A stretch of 64,000 bases of DNA from Kudoa neothunni (GCA_964304625.1 OZ199838.1:2517502-2581501); one strand, 5' to 3'. Positions 13,301 to 28,315 are shown, counted from the first letter of the stretch. Numbers and translations: made by a program. The notes: generated by a model not told the origin, from the sequence alone.

Positions 13301-15039
13301 ACGTACTTTCGTAATTTCCAACTAAGCGTAACAACTAATCCATCGGTTTTTCTAGAAAAAGAGATAACTTCTAATTCATTTGATGCTAAATTAATTTATG
13401 AATTAAAATAATTTTGATGAAACAAATATATATACATCCAGATATTTTGAATGTTTTTGGAATGAGCATATCTGAGTTGAACGTAAGATATGTGTCATCA
13501 TTAGTAATACCATTTTCTATCGTAAAATCGCAAACATTTTTATTGCAGTTAATATCTTGAGTAGATTTATTTGGAGACAAATCGGTTGAATTATTATTAT
13601 TCATCAATTTGTAATGATTTATTTTAATTTTATCAAATTCTCTATCCATTATGAACATAACTTTTAGGTCATTCCTATCTTCACTATATGCAATATCATA
13701 AGGATATATTCCTAAATAGATTAACATATATTATTATTGTTAAATTATTATTAAACGATTTTAATGATTTTAATTTCAAAAAAAATATACCTTTACCAAT
13801 TTCGATAGATTTTTCTTCGGAAAATATTGCTGAGTTCACTCTAACTTTACAATCTTTGGTGTAATCGTAATCAAACGTATGTACGCATCTTTTGTTTGTG
13901 CATGGAATCTTTTCTACTGAAATATTCTCATTGCTAAATTTGTAATAACGTTTATCGTCACTGCAAGATATTTCCACGTTAGCCGAAAACGCATTATAAA
14001 GTTTATCAATCGTAAAAGTGAGAGTTAAATTTTTCCCCTCAATATTATGTTGAATTTCACATTTTGTCTTTGCTAAATGTTTAAATATGAAAACAAAATA
14101 TACACAGTTATTTTGATCTACGTGGGGAAAGAATATGTGAGTAAGATTGAACGAGTTTATTCGATGATAATTCCAATGTACCAGGATAATAATAATCGTT
14201 AAATTCAATTTTTATACTGCACACTCCATTTTTACAAGAAATTTCCTCATTTTTTGTAACTTCGTTAATTCCGCCATCTTTTGATGTATACTTAGTTTCT
14301 ATTGAAATCTCGGGAAGATGTTTTCTCAGTTTCAAACTGTAGCTAACAGCAAAATCTTCAACAGTTTTGGTGAAATTCATAACATTGAGCAAACTAGAAG
14401 CTAACATAATTTAATTTAAATGTAAGAATATTTCTCCAAATAATTCTTACGTCCTTTGAGTAATAAATCTCGTGGCATAAGCATTTCCGATGAAATAGTT
14501 ATATAACCATCTTGTTGAAGGGTGACACCTTCGATTTTCAGTTCACATATATTTTGTAGGCATTGAATATCTTGGGTGATTTCGCTCGACTTTATATTTG
14601 CTTTACTTAAGCCAAATATTTTATAACCATTAATAATAACTGATTCAACGTTTTCTTTCAATTTGATCATTATTTTCATTTCCCCATTTTCATTAGAATA
14701 TTCATAATCGTAGGAGTAAGTTTCTATCGTAGAAAAATAACAAATATTTAGTAATTCGTATATTACTTATCATTATATAATATCCATATTCATATGGTGA
14801 TTCATATTTGCGCCTAATCGCCAACTCCCTTTTGGGATCTATGTTGGTCAATGTGAAGGTACAAACTCCTTCTTCACAATCAACCGGGGTTAATGGTTCT
14901 TGTTGTAGTTCACTTTCACCACCTTGTTTAACAATGAATGTATTTGGTGCATAAGAGGCAGTTATCTTTAATAGTCTAAATTTAATTTTTAAATTTCCAT
15001 CGCTTGGCCAATAATCCACCAATGTTTCCTTTCTTCGCC
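10358..15039 (-). CDS. adhesion GPCR: 8 proximal FN3-like exons, GAIN/GPS and secretin-family 7TM (5' end probably further upstream)
   Basis: Splices cleanly in frame. GPS: KCCTLNRSTLKWEQVHC...VTCSCNHTTSYAVVF (~11390-11600). Seven hydrophobic helices with family-B signatures (CFALAISLH, LSWAIPG, LLGLPLIF, FVITNASQGIFFF). Stop TAG at 10358-10360. Confidence 0.9.
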
Positions 15040-15749
15040 CTAAATATACATAAAAAGGTTTATCTTGTGATTAAAAATAAAAGTACTAATTGTAAAGTTT
15101 TAATTGATAAAAGTATTATTAGTTTCTAATCAAGGGTTATAAAACTAAATTATGTAGCTTTTTGACATAAAGAATACTATTCTTTTTTCCTGATTATATA
15201 ATACAATAATATATTTATTAATCGCAATTAAACATTTAGAATCCCAAAAGACATATTATTAATAATGATTTATTCTGTTTTATTAAATTATTCTAAAAAT
15301 ATTCCACATGATCCAAAATTACGGTAAAGGAATCCGTAACGGTCTTTACCTAAATCAATGTTCCCTAACCTAGGGTCCTCGTACTAATTTCAGAGGATCC
15401 GTGAGAAGACTATCACTCATAAAAATATCACCCATCAAACTTTGTCTTTGGAAAATTCCTTATTATAAGAATAGTAAGTTTTAAACACATAATTTGGGAA
15501 CAGTAAGTTCATAAATATGAATATGTGATACAATATGCTCATGGGTTCGGATTTATTTAGCATTGCTAATCGGAGGCCGTGAACAAATAAGATTGGAAAA
15601 CACGTTTCTAAAATAACTAAACTTGAATTTTCACAATAAACAATATTTCGACTAGAATCATGAATTCAAATCAATCATACAAGTACATTGTTTTAAACAT
15701 TGAATTTAATGTTCGATTTATATTGTCTTTCTCATATTAAACGTCAAAA

Positions 15750-16200
15750 CTGTAAAACTTGGTGTCATTAGATTTAGTAGACAACAAAATGTACGCCATA
15801 ATTAGACCATTATACCAAACTTTGTCAGATGAGTGACCTCCCTTACACGAAATTTATTTATTTCCGATGAACACTTTTCCATGTGGACGAAAACGATGAT
15901 GGAGTATGCCATTTCAATGATTACACAGATTTTGTATAGGATGCGTTGAGATTTTTATTAAACTTTCTCAATCCGTGACGTCTTGTCATGATATTTTTAA
16001 AGGGCGAGTAATCCGTCTAAATATATAACAATTTCTAACTTATGCGAATTCTTTGATTCTGAATAATTGCAAACAACTCGGATATTAGTTCTCAGTCAAC
16101 CTTACAGAGTTCCAACGTATAATTGGTCCATCTAATTATTTTAAACTTAAGGATAGTTAGTTAATAATGAAATTACTCCTAAAATGTTCTGCAAGCTTAA
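15750..16200 (+). mobile_element. possible Tc1/mariner transposase remnant
   Basis: Fragments KFIISDETLFHVD (~15858) and RIIGP (~16117) resemble the IFSDE.xFHL and IIGPYF motifs; heavily degraded, boundaries approximate. Confidence 0.35.
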
Positions 16201-16775
16201 GGATAACCTTATACGTTGTCTGGATGAAAATTAATATAAATGTATTGATCATTCTGCCATAACTGAGAATTTATTAAGTAAATGTGCCAGATTGGCTGTT
16301 TGTAATATTCTGAGAACTCATCTCAGAGGATTCGTGATTATTTAAATTGAAAAACTTTCGTTTTAATTATGCTGGAATTCATCTAATACAATTGTACCTT
16401 CAATTAGACAGAAACAAGGAATATTTGAATAATAGGAATATTTGTTATGGAATATATTAAACGAAAGTTTTTATAAGGCAGAATTGATATGTATCACTAA
16501 CGAATGCATATATTCCATTCATGTATTTTATATGCTTGTTAATAAAAAACCTATTTGATACAATTTAATATTAATATTTATATTAATTTAGTAGAAAAAC
16601 TAGTGCTAGATTTACTTGATTATTATTGGAAGAGGAATTTACAATCAAATTTGTTGTACTTGAAAAATAATATGAGTTTATTTTATTCGTTATGAAATAT
16701 AACGTTTTATAATGATGATAGAAATTATCCAAATAGCTTATAATATTAAAGCCCATATATAGATAAATAATTTAC

Positions 16776-18028
16776 CTGTAGAAATTCGGCGCGGAATTTC
16801 AAAATTATTCACGTATATATTTGCATAGTTAAATTGATCACACTTTTCCGGAATCGGCTCTTTAAATTCGCAAATTCCCTGGTTGCAGTTTAACTCTGTA
16901 ATTGTACTGACAGGACACTCGGTGAAACTGTTTGTGATATAAGATATTTTGATTTTGATTTTTTTTACATCGACGTCAAGAATAAAAGTATAAGATATGG
17001 AATTATCTTCCAAAAATATTCGTACATCGTATTTAAATTCACCTATTTAATTCATATATTTAATGAGAAACAAAATATAATCACAAATTTCGGTTTTTGT
17101 TGTAATTAATTTGTTTTCAAAGGAAACTTGTATTTCATTTTTTTGATACATATCAATGTCGCTGAGTACCCCAACGCAAAAAATGTCGACACATTTTATG
17201 TCGATTACAGCACTTATTTCAATAGGATTGTTTTCACTGTTTGGAGCTGTTATTAAAACCGTCTTAGTGAATTGATCTGGAGTGCTACTTATCCGAGTTC
17301 CAGTTAAATATAACGTATGATCTAAATAAATAGTTCTAGTGTAAAGTAGATTAGATTCGACTGCATTTGTTGTGAAAATCGCTACAAATAATAATTATTG
17401 AATAAATTTGCATATAATATAGTTACAGTCTCTAAATATTGCAGTATTGGTTGGTGTCTCATCGATAGAAACTATATTACCGTCTTGAGAAATATTGACT
17501 GAAATATTATCACAACTAGAATCATTGGAACAACTTGTTCCATTAGTTTCAAAACATTTATTTTTCGTAAAATTTGTAGTTTCATTTTCTAAATTTCTGT
17601 TTAAATAACAATATTTTTTATCATTTTTTAAAACTAACGATTTATCATCATTACTAACAGTGAGGTAATCAATTTTTTTCTTTATAGCTAAAAATAATCA
17701 ATATAAAAAATTTTATAATGAATAAATATTGACTAACCTAATTTTTTACTAAATGGGAGTCTTGATGGACCTATTACCTCTTCTTTGTTATAGATTTCAG
17801 CATAGAAATAATTGTTATCTTGTGAATTGGATATAACCACATTATAAGTGGAACAATTGATATTGACATTTGACTGGTTTTCACAACGACATGCCACATT
17901 TTCGTATATTTTATTTTTGAGTTGGAACATGTAAATGCATTTCAGTGGATCAGACGGACCCATTGATACTTCTATCATTATTTCCTCAATCGTATATGAT
18001 AATAATTTCATTTTGTTGAATTGAAGTT
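16776..18028 (-). CDS. block of ~4 Cys-containing FN3-like domain exons of the surface-receptor array
   Basis: Acceptor at 18029, phase-1 donor at 16775. Domains resemble the GPCR-proximal ones (e.g. LNCNQGICEFK vs INCNKNVCDFT). Confidence 0.7.
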
Positions 18029-18230
18029 CTAAACATAATTAATTTTACTACAATAAATGACTAACTTTATGTGTATATATACAATCACTTTATTTAAAAA
18101 AATCGAGTAACTTGGTTTAAAATGTTTTGCATTTGAACATAAACGAATTATTAATTAATAATGATATGGTTTTTTATTTTTAAATGTAATGCATTATAAT
18201 TGAATATTTATGATAAAAATTTTCGATTAA

Positions 18231-20548
18231 CCCTTTCATGCCCAAATTTTTTTTCGCTTGGAAAAAATATATTCACTTAATTATACGTTATTTATTAATT
18301 TTATAAAATTGCAAAAGTTTACAACACGTTTATTCGTATTCTTTAAGATTAAATAAAAATGTTCACTAGGGTGAACATTGTTCGCATGAACGAACAAAAA
18401 CAATTTATTTTCTCAGAAATAATGCTTTTCGATTCTTTTCAATGATTATGATATAAATAAAAATAATTTCAGTATTTCACTATACAGCATGGAACGTTAC
18501 ATTTTTTACACAAAAATTGTGTATTCCGTTGACATAGTCGACATCTACTTTTCGAAGAATCTATTTCAGTGTAGTGCCCAACATTGTTAAACTTTATAGA
18601 TTTTGACAAAGTAGAATTTTTATTCTTTGGGGTGTAATTTGGATGCAATTTATTCGAGTTGTCAATAGAAGGACGGTTATGCTTCGTTGCTGTAACGGAT
18701 TTTTTAAGATATATCAAATCTTCGGTCAACAATTCAATAAAAGAGAGAAAATCTAATATAGCTCTATCAGGGATGCAACTTTCCGTTGAATTTAAACGAT
18801 AAATGAGCCAATCGTTGACTATAGCTGTATTCAATCCCCAGAAGAATATCCACATATAATATTTACGGCTTTTATGATATAATTAATACAATGCCATCAA
18901 CATATCGGATAGGTCAACTCCACCCATATTTTTGTCGTATTCGGTTACAACATCCGGACAAAGAATTGACAATAATTTCTTCAATTTTCGATCAAATCTC
19001 TTCACTAGTCCGATAGGTTCTGGCGACGAATGCGTCGAAGATAAAGTAACGATGAAGCCATCACACCATTGGGTGATGGCAATACCTTTGTTGACATCGT
19101 GATAACTTTCATAGGATTCACGCTCTTTTTTAATTCCTTTTGCGGAGTAAGAGTTCAATTTTTGATCCTATTTCTCCGAAAGGTCCCAACGGAATATTTG
19201 TTTCCTTTTTCAAATATAGCTCCATAGATGTAAAGAAGTTTTCAAAGTACATTAAGAAAGTTTCACAAGTTGGAAGGGTCTCCGATAATTTGATGACAAA
19301 ATCGCCTGAAACTAAATCACAGCTATTTTTAACGACAGGAGGTTTCCTATCGCAAAAATGGAAATCTTACACTATACCACTAACGTCACATCTGGAAAAC
19401 ACTTTAAATCCCCATTTTTTAGCTTCTTTGGAAGATATTGTTTAGATTTGCATTTTCCCTTAAAGGGATCATCTGTTCGTCAATAGAGTGACATCTTTCT
19501 GGGTTTAACTTCAATCAGGCAGGTCGAATATGTTCTAGGAATGATCTAATTTTGACAAATCTATCATATCCTGGCAAGTTGGCATTGACTACAATGTTTT
19601 GGTTGTTGTAAAATGGAGATATCGTAATAGTTGTTCAAAACGATTCCTTAAAAAACAGTCAGATACTTTTGGATAGTTCGAAGATTTGCTCTAATAAGAG
19701 CGATAACGAGATAGTTTAACAACACCCATCAGAATTATCACTCCAAGAAACGTTTCCATTTCAGTAGAGTCCGTTACAAAATTGTCGCCACATTGGGTTA
19801 CATATAGGTTTGATTCATTACATATTAATTCAATCAGTTGTTGACTAAAGAACAGCTTGAAATAATCATACGGACGATATAATCCAACATTGATTTCAAA
19901 ATCTTGTTTTTATATAACTTTATTCGGTAATTTTAACCAGATTCCTTTTTTAAACCATTTGAAAGTTGAATCCATAACACCAGCTTCAGAATTATCTGAC
20001 GAATCTTCGTCAACAACCGATGTTTATGATATATAGTCATCTTCAAAAGATATATTAGGCTCTGAAACATCAACATCTTGTATTACAACTACTTCAATGA
20101 TGATCTGACCGTTTGGTTGCTTTGAAATATTCAAATCGTGATCCACTCCCACTCAACATGATTTTTGGACATGTGCCCAATGTTCACCCTAATGAACACG
20201 TGTTTTTGTGCTTATAACTGTTTATATTTTTATAATTAGAATGTTTACATATAATATACATTGTCTTTAAGCTTGCACATACAACATATATTTGTTCTGG
20301 TTCTATTGCCTTAAAATTGTGCTGTTTTTTAGGGTAAAAATAATACAATTTTAAAAATGCAAAATAACGAAAAGTTTCACTCTACACAAAATTACATATT
20401 GCATTATCTGTTAAAAAATATATTAAAAAATAATTATATATGTATAAACTTTAAAATATTTTAACTGAATAAAATATAATAATTTTTAAATACATATATA
20501 GTTAAAATAAGTCGTTGTTTATCCTAGTGAACATTGGATACAAAAGGG
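18231..20548 (-). mobile_element. full-length decayed piggyBac (PGBD3-like) with TTAA target-site duplication
   Basis: TTAA at 18227-18230 and 20549-20552. Termini CCCTTTCATGCCC and (reverse complement) CCCTTTTGTATCC. Internal inverted repeats AATGTTCACTAGG / CCTAGTGAACATT. Minus-strand fragments EYDKNMGGVDLSD and CRLC...LCKKCNVPCC, with many stops and frameshifts. Confidence 0.9.
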
Positions 20549-20608
20549 TTAAAATATATCCAATCCAATCCAACACATAAATATTGAATTTTGGAATTCA
20601 TAAAATAC

Positions 20609-23099
20609 CTGATCTGAATATTTTGCAATATAAAGCATTGCCATCGTGAACAAAACAAATTTTCACCACTTCATCTGCCTTTATAATATATTCTACTGCT
20701 TCCCAGGATTCATCACCATTACATTTTTCATGATTACAAGTAGTAGTGATTGGCTCTTCGTCCTTGGGAATAAATGTATAATTCTGATAAGTAGAAATTT
20801 TAAGATTTTCTTTTAATAAATCGCCTTTCTTATAATAAAGTTTGACTTTTGAATTCATACCATCACTAACTTGCATGTGAAAAACATTCTCCTATATTTT
20901 ATTATATTTATTTATTAATTGTATATGTTGTTAATTACATTCTCTTTTTCAGGATAATAGAATTTCATGTAATGTGGATATGTAGCAGAATCTGTGATGA
21001 ACGAAATGTGGACCAAATAATTTTCATTATATAGTATGGTTTGCTCATTGCGCTGATCCTGAGCGTCATATTTCGTTGCGTCAAATTTCCATTCAAGGTT
21101 TCCCTCATTAATCTGGCTGGAATACCATGCATCCATTATTTCGTTGGGACCATATGAATTTTTAAACAGATTTTTTATTCTATCACTAGCATAGGTACCT
21201 TCTACAAATTGAAAATTGTTGGTATCACCACGTCCTATGCAAAATATATCATTAATAAGAATTACGAACAGCTAAATTTTAAAAATTCATAAAAATGTAT
21301 ACTTATTACGTAGGTGTCAGTGTTTTCATTTTCAACAATTTTTACCTTCAGTATTATTTCTTTAATTTCGTTTATATTCAAAATTTTGGAGGTGTCAAAT
21401 GAAATATTATCACAATCTATAGGATCTGTACTTGTTGCAATTTCTTCTTGTTTGTTGTCATAATTGAGTTTAAACAGTTGGTAGGTACACATGATATTTG
21501 ATGAACCATGTTCTCCAAATGAGCTGCGAAAGATCAAATTGTCATCAACCCACGTATAACTCCAAACAGACGCTATTGGAACTAGAAAAAGTTTCAGAGT
21601 ATTTGATTGCATATTAAAATATATTACTAGGGCCGTATTCCACACTATCCATATATTTACCACACGTCAAATCATATTTGTAATATTTGTTTCTTTTGAT
21701 TTCAAATGATAGTCCATTATTCTTTAAAGTTGATGCACAAGTTAAATCGCTTTCATCGCAACTAGTTGAAGGAATAAACTCTTCGCTATCAGAACTTTTG
21801 GATAAAAGAGAATATCTACAATTATTTCCATTAATTGTACTCAAATTGTGTATAATTTTAATCCTTCCTGATTCGTAATGTATTCTTTCGATTAGATTTC
21901 TACCAACATAAAAAGACCCGCTGTATAACGTTTGGCCTTCATGTGTAACAATTATATCGTTGTTTTTGTCCAGATCATGAAACTGAATAATATTAGAACA
22001 ATCGCCGTAATATACTTTTGAATTGGAAGCATTATCAACATTTTTAGTATTAACGCTGAATCTACAAATTTTTCCTGTTATATATTTTCTTTCTGGTATA
22101 ATCGAGACAGTATTTAATTCATATGAAAACTTGTAGGACTGTTTAGGGAAACCTATTTATCAGTATAAAATAATATTATAGTAATAAAATGCAAATTACC
22201 AATATTTATTATTTGGGAAATCACGCTACCATTAGATTTTGTTATTTTTATAAAAAGCTGAGGTTCAAATACATGTGGTATGGAGAGGATATTCGAACCT
22301 GATGTTAAAGTTACTGTGTTATCGGATCTATTTTTGTCATAAACAAAAATGTTATCACCAATTTTTTGTCCTACAATATTCTTTATTTCAATTTTTGATA
22401 TTCCATTTTGTTCGATTGTTTTTGGAATAGTTAACTGTATCATTTCATGATTAGTATCAGCAGTAATGTTTTCATCAGATTGTTCTATAAACATTATTTT
22501 ATTCTAACAAAATTCAATAACGTAGTTACCATGTATTACATTCTTTACCAAATTTATTTCCGAATCTACGATATGAATATTAACTGTCCAACTGTCACTT
22601 TTTTGAGGAATTAGAATTTCTTTTTCCTCACATTTTCCTGATTCAATAGGTCCCTGATCATCAACTTTAAAATTACACATCTTATTAACCAGAAATCCAT
22701 CTTTTGATTTTAAACTAAATTTATCCGATTCAATTTTGACATTGATTTTTGTTTCTTCATACACTATAAAATTTATTATTCATTTTTTAAATATGGATGT
22801 TCTAAAATGATAATTACAATTCCTAATTTGGTCGAGATAGTTCAATTCAGGAATCCAAATGAATAATGTGTGTGGAGCGAAATTTGTTATTGGTATAGAA
22901 TGCTTTGAACATGATTTGAGATTATTTTTGTTTGTTCCATCGTAAGAGTTGTATGTAGCCGCGTTATTATATTCTTCGATGGCCTCATTCATTCTGATTA
23001 TATAATAATCACACAACAGTCCCCATTCATCTTTTATATTTGACCAAATATGTAAAATACCAGAATCAACGTAATGATTGAATTTTATGTCGTGTGGAT
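20609..23099 (-). CDS. block of ~8 FN3-like domain modules (7 exons) of the surface-receptor array
   Basis: Open exons joined by 40-80 nt GT-AG introns, mostly phase 1. Phase-1 acceptor at 23100 and phase-1 donor at 20608. Confidence 0.7.
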
Positions 23100-24098
23100 C
23101 TAAAATTTAGTTATAAATAATATATTTTTAAATTACAACAAATTTAATATCAAAAAGTAAAAAATTTCTTCAAAACAGAGGCAGATCTTATATATGATAC
23201 TAATAAACGGTGCAAAGTAGCAATCATGCTAATCTCTGTCAGTAGAAAGTGTCCAATTTATTTTCATTAAAATTTTTAATATTTTAAAAATTGTGGTCTT
23301 TTAATCATATATATATATATATATTTTAGGTAAAACTTTGTTTAATCTTTCAATAACCAAAATGTATAGAATCCAAATTTAGATTATCATTTAAGGTTTA
23401 AATTAAAAAAATTAACCAACGACAAAACTAATGAAATAATTATAGTATACTTATATTTTGTTATAAAAAGTTTCAATTCAACTATATTTAAATAAATCAA
23501 ACATAATAATTTCAAGATCCCATTTTATCAACTTAATTCGTATAAAATTTCACCCTGTAAGGTGATTTAAGCACTGTCTAAATCCATTTTTAAAGCAATG
23601 CTTTAAATTTTCCTGTACTAACTTCCAAAAAAAAAACGGTTGTGCCTGACTGGGGTACTTCTTGACCCCAGACGAAATGTGCTTTAATCTTATTCATTTT
23701 ATCTCAATTTTATATATTGTAAACAATAGACCCAGCTTAACAATTCCATAGAAAGTATACAGTGGATTGATGTTTCTGGAGTTATATACATGAATTTATT
23801 TATCAGCAACATTATTGGTATAATGTTAAACTAAAAGCACTATGGTATATTATACACTCCTCAAACAATCAATAATGTTTATTTTCATCATCGAATAGGA
23901 TGAAAACCTAGGATGAATGAACATTTACGCAGTAAACTCCAGATATATCCATTATGTGTAGACATTTCCCCGGTAATAGTCAGTGATATAATCAAATTTA
24001 GGATTAGTGTAATTATCAAGTGGATCGAAATTCTATAAAACAAAATAGCGTATAATATTTCATTATGGTATTTATTTTCGGATGGATAATATGAATGG

Positions 24099-24200
24099 TC
24101 GCAGACGGGGTCCAAACTTGGGAGCCATAGCTTAAAAGGCGGTGGCGCCATACCGCTGTGTTGTTGATCGAGCATTAGTCGACTTTGGTTACAACTCTTA
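24099..24200 (-). repeat. tRNA-like (Pol III A/B-box) short repeat, copy 1
   Basis: Aligns by eye with 33200-33300 (shared ttaaaaggcg.tg..gccataccg, gatcg and ttacaac). Confidence 0.6.
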
Positions 24201-24677
24201 TACCAGCAATCAAATAGTTTCTAAATCTTTAAATTGTTGTACGGACTCATATTAAACCAAAAGTAAATAAAGAAATTTTGTTACTCCAAAATGCGAAAGC
24301 GAAAACAAGTAGAATAATTCATTGGATTAATTATCGTTAATCAATGTGGATTATATTAAAAAATAAATATTGCTTTTCATGGTTCGCGTTTTTGTTTGGA
24401 TCAAAAATTTTCATTTTGATGAGAAAATCATATTTACAATAAATATATGAAGTTTAGAAGATAATACAACAAATAATAAATGAAATTTGTAAAACTATGT
24501 CTTATTTTATGCATAAATCTTTAGCTGATAAATTATAAATTTTACTTTCGTATAGAAAAGCACTTAATATAGGAAATTGAGAATTTTCAAATAATTAACA
24601 AAAAATACATCAATGTAGGAACAGAGTTGTAAATTTTGTGTCTTGAAATACCTCAGTCATTACCGGCAAGGTTAAAG

Positions 24678-25493
24678 CAGGGGTTTTTATATTTTTTATT
24701 ATGAGGGTCACATTTGGGTGTCGTTATTACTTCGCAGGCCACATGAAAGCTGAATCTCGTCGCAGTTACATTTTCATGTAAAATTGTATGAAGATTAAAC
24801 ACCAAAACAAGTCTCATTTTAGCTTTTTATATTTCTCATTACGAATAATTCTTGACGATTTTGAATATTCGGATTAATATTTTGTTTTATAATGTTTACA
24901 CCATTTATTTCATTTAGAACTGCGATGGCACTGTTGCATATAACACATTGTTCTGTTGTCACATTAAATAACAAAATAATCTAGGCACCAGCCTTTAATT
25001 AAAGTTAATTCATTAAATATTGATTTTTGGTTTATTCCGTCGTTCGACATGTTTTCTCTGATGTCTCAAAACGTAAAACGCTAACAAACAAATTCGGCTA
25101 CTTGAAAAAAAGAACAGCGAAATTTATCAAAAAAATGTTACGTATGTAGCGATGTAATGATTAATTGGTTTAATAAAATCCAAATATTAATAACTTTTAG
25201 GAAAAAATTAAAATTCTTATACTGCTAGATCTTTAAATATTATCATATATTTATCACATTAAAATTGTAGTATTTTCTTTGAAATTACGAGAATGCGAGT
25301 TGTTCGCGATTTATTGTTAATTATAAATATTATTTTTATTAGGGACGAATTAAAGTTATTCACGTAAAACGCCATTTTTGGCAGAATTTCTAACATGAAA
25401 TCTTAAAATAATCAATTAAAATAGTTTTATATTTTGTTAACAGAAAAGCAGGAGGACCAGATCCGACCCGAGGGCATAGTTTGGAGACCCCTG
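24678..25493. mobile_element. hAT-type MITE
   Basis: Termini CAGGGG... and ...GGAGACCCCTG; the 8-bp TSD is not well preserved. Confidence 0.5.
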
Positions 25494-25498
25494 CGTTG

Positions 25499-28140
25499 AC
25501 CTTCTATAGTCGTTAAAATAGCCATCCTCGGAGGTCTCTTGGGGTCATTTGATCCCAGATTATTACTTGAGAAATTAGTCCCATGGATTTTTTCCAATTC
25601 AATTTTCTTGAATTATCCGTTTCTATCAACATAGTTTTCGGTAAAACAATATGAATATAACAATTAATCTTGTTAAATCTAGTACTCATTTATAAATGTG
25701 GTATTAGCAAATGATCCCAAGTTATAAATCAATAAAAGTAACTAATTTACCGTTTAAATAATAATGTTGGTTCTTTCTCCTCGGCAAATCTTTTTATTTT
25801 AATTTTTTGTTAATACTTCAATACATAACTGAAAGAAATATTAATTATTTATTTATTTCACGGAGACCATGATACTTTTTCGGTTGGTTTTTATGCTTAA
25901 TTTTAACTATCTGTTCTCTGATATTTAAATATATGGTTAACTATCGATGATTGAATATAACGAATTCAGTGATGAACTAAAGTCAATCGGAAACGAGCCT
26001 GACATACGCTTGTCGGAATCATCAGAAGATGCATGCGAATCAATGGAGACGTGATTAATTGGAAATTCGAATGTCAACAGAACTGGAATAGCACGGGATA
26101 TCAAAATACCTCAAACACAACGCGTTTTGACTGCAAACATTTTGAAATCACTACTTTGCCCTAGCACTTATTGCTATAAAGGATTCCATAATATTTTAGA
26201 TTGGATATTCATATTTTTTCAGAAATTAACTGTATAAAAATAACCTATTATACTTATATTTTTTGGGTAAAATAATTTTAATGATGATTGTTAAATATAA
26301 ACATTTAATGAGTAAGATCAGCACGTGGCTCCATCTCTAATATAAAGTTTTAATTTATACAATTTTCGGATGCATATTTGGTTCTAATTTGAAGTATAAC
26401 AATCTTAAATAATTCAATTAACAAAATAAAAAACATAATCATGATGTTAATTGAATTCGAATTATTACATATCTTATGTTTTAGTTAATCCTCTAACGAT
26501 TTTGGGATAAATTTTACTCCGAAACGATTTTGTAATCATTATACCTTTTTATTTCATTTATGAAATCTCACCAAATTTTCACTATTTCCAGAACATATAA
26601 TAATTTACTTCTACTAAACAAATTGGAATAAACTAATGAAAGTACAAAATTTTATTAAAATATTATCCTCTAATGTATTTTGAGGTATAATTTATCCCGA
26701 TTTTTTGTTATTTTAATGTAAAGAGTATTTTGTAACTAATCAAATAATAAATTATTGGGTCAATTAAACGAGTAAATTTGAAGAGAACAGTGAATAAAAT
26801 GACTAGTTAGGTCCATGCGCATGTGCGTCTGATGCATAATTCTAAATGAAAGGCGCGAGTAGTTTCATTGACGAATATACCTCGTTTGGAAGCGAATTTG
26901 ACGATCAAGTTATTGATGAAAGTGATATATCGGACTAAGAAATAGATTCCATAGATATTAATGATAATAATTTGAAAAGTAAAGATGGAATTATTTGGAG
27001 TTTATTAAAGTCACCTACGAGTAAAACCTGTGCCGAAAACATAAAGAGTTCCTTCTTTGGGGCCACCTCATATGCTGTATCAAAGATAAAATCATTCATT
27101 CATTGATTTTTGTTATCGTTTACGTCAGAAATCGGTATTATTATAAAGTTCACAAAAATATGCTTGGAAATCACTATTCCAATAATGTGTGATATGATAC
27201 CAATGAAATTGAATTTAAAGGTTACGTAGACCCTCTAATATTAATAGCTATTAATAAGGATAGACAATTACCACTGATAATACTGTCATCGATGAATCTA
27301 AAAATGTTAAACCTCATACGATAATGCATTACAATGTAAACAAGGGTGGGGTTGATAATGTGGATAGAATGTTGTCATCAATTTCTACCCAGAAGTTTAA
27401 ATGATGATGGCCAATATCGTCTTTTCACATGATTGATATCTCGTTGATTAATGCATTAGCATTATTCATTGACATTTAATTTAGATAAAAAATGAAGGAG
27501 AAACTTTATGAAAGAGATTTCTGAAGAATAGTACAATTCACTGTAAATAGAATCTCCAGAAAAGTTATCAAAAGAAATTAAAAAAGCTTAAAATTTAACT
27601 ATTTTTGTTTCTAAAATATTAAAAACATAAAATATCATTTTATGAACAAGGTCCATTGGATAATGTTAAACAGTGATATAATATTTTTGTACGCATATAC
27701 TGGTTTCAAACAATTCAAGAAAAGTATTATTTTCCATGCTATAATTTAAGAGTAGGATCTGAAATCATTAGTAGGTTATTAAAATGGATGAAAGGTATAT
27801 TAAAACATTATATTATTATAGAATAAGTAAATAGAATTCGAAAAATATAACTAATTTGCTTTTTTAAATATTTTGAAGGTAAATTCGTAAAATAATAACT
27901 TAGATTCAAATCTATCTCAAAAGACCTCCGAAGACAAAAAATATTATCATATCAAAATTGCAATCATTTTATTCTTTAATTCTATTATTATATATTGTCT
28001 ACAGATTCAGGAAAATAGATAAAAAATAGGGAAATTTCAAGGATTGTGCAAAGAGTAATATATGTTTTAATTATATTTGGGATCATTTTGACCCCAAAGT
28101 CGTCTGAATATTTAATCAATAACTGAAAAAAACATTTAGA
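25499..28140 (+). mobile_element. cluster of internally deleted piggyBac remnants
   Basis: Subterminal palindromes GGGGTCATTTGATCCC (25541) and GGGATCATTTTGACCCC (~28080); TTAA-start terminus at ~26485; transposase relic IMHYNVNKGGVDNVDRMLSS (~27321-27380), similar to the element at 1-1214. Confidence 0.65.
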
Positions 28141-28315
28141 TTTAAATTAAATCTAATGAAAATTAACAAATCAGTAATAACAATACAGGTAATGATTTAT
28201 AAACGAGGAAAAAATACGTTAAGTTAGAATAATTTAATTAAAATAAAGGTACAATATTTAAAATTCTGATTCACTTAAAAGTTAACAGTGATTGTTTGTA
28301 ATATTGATATCTTAC

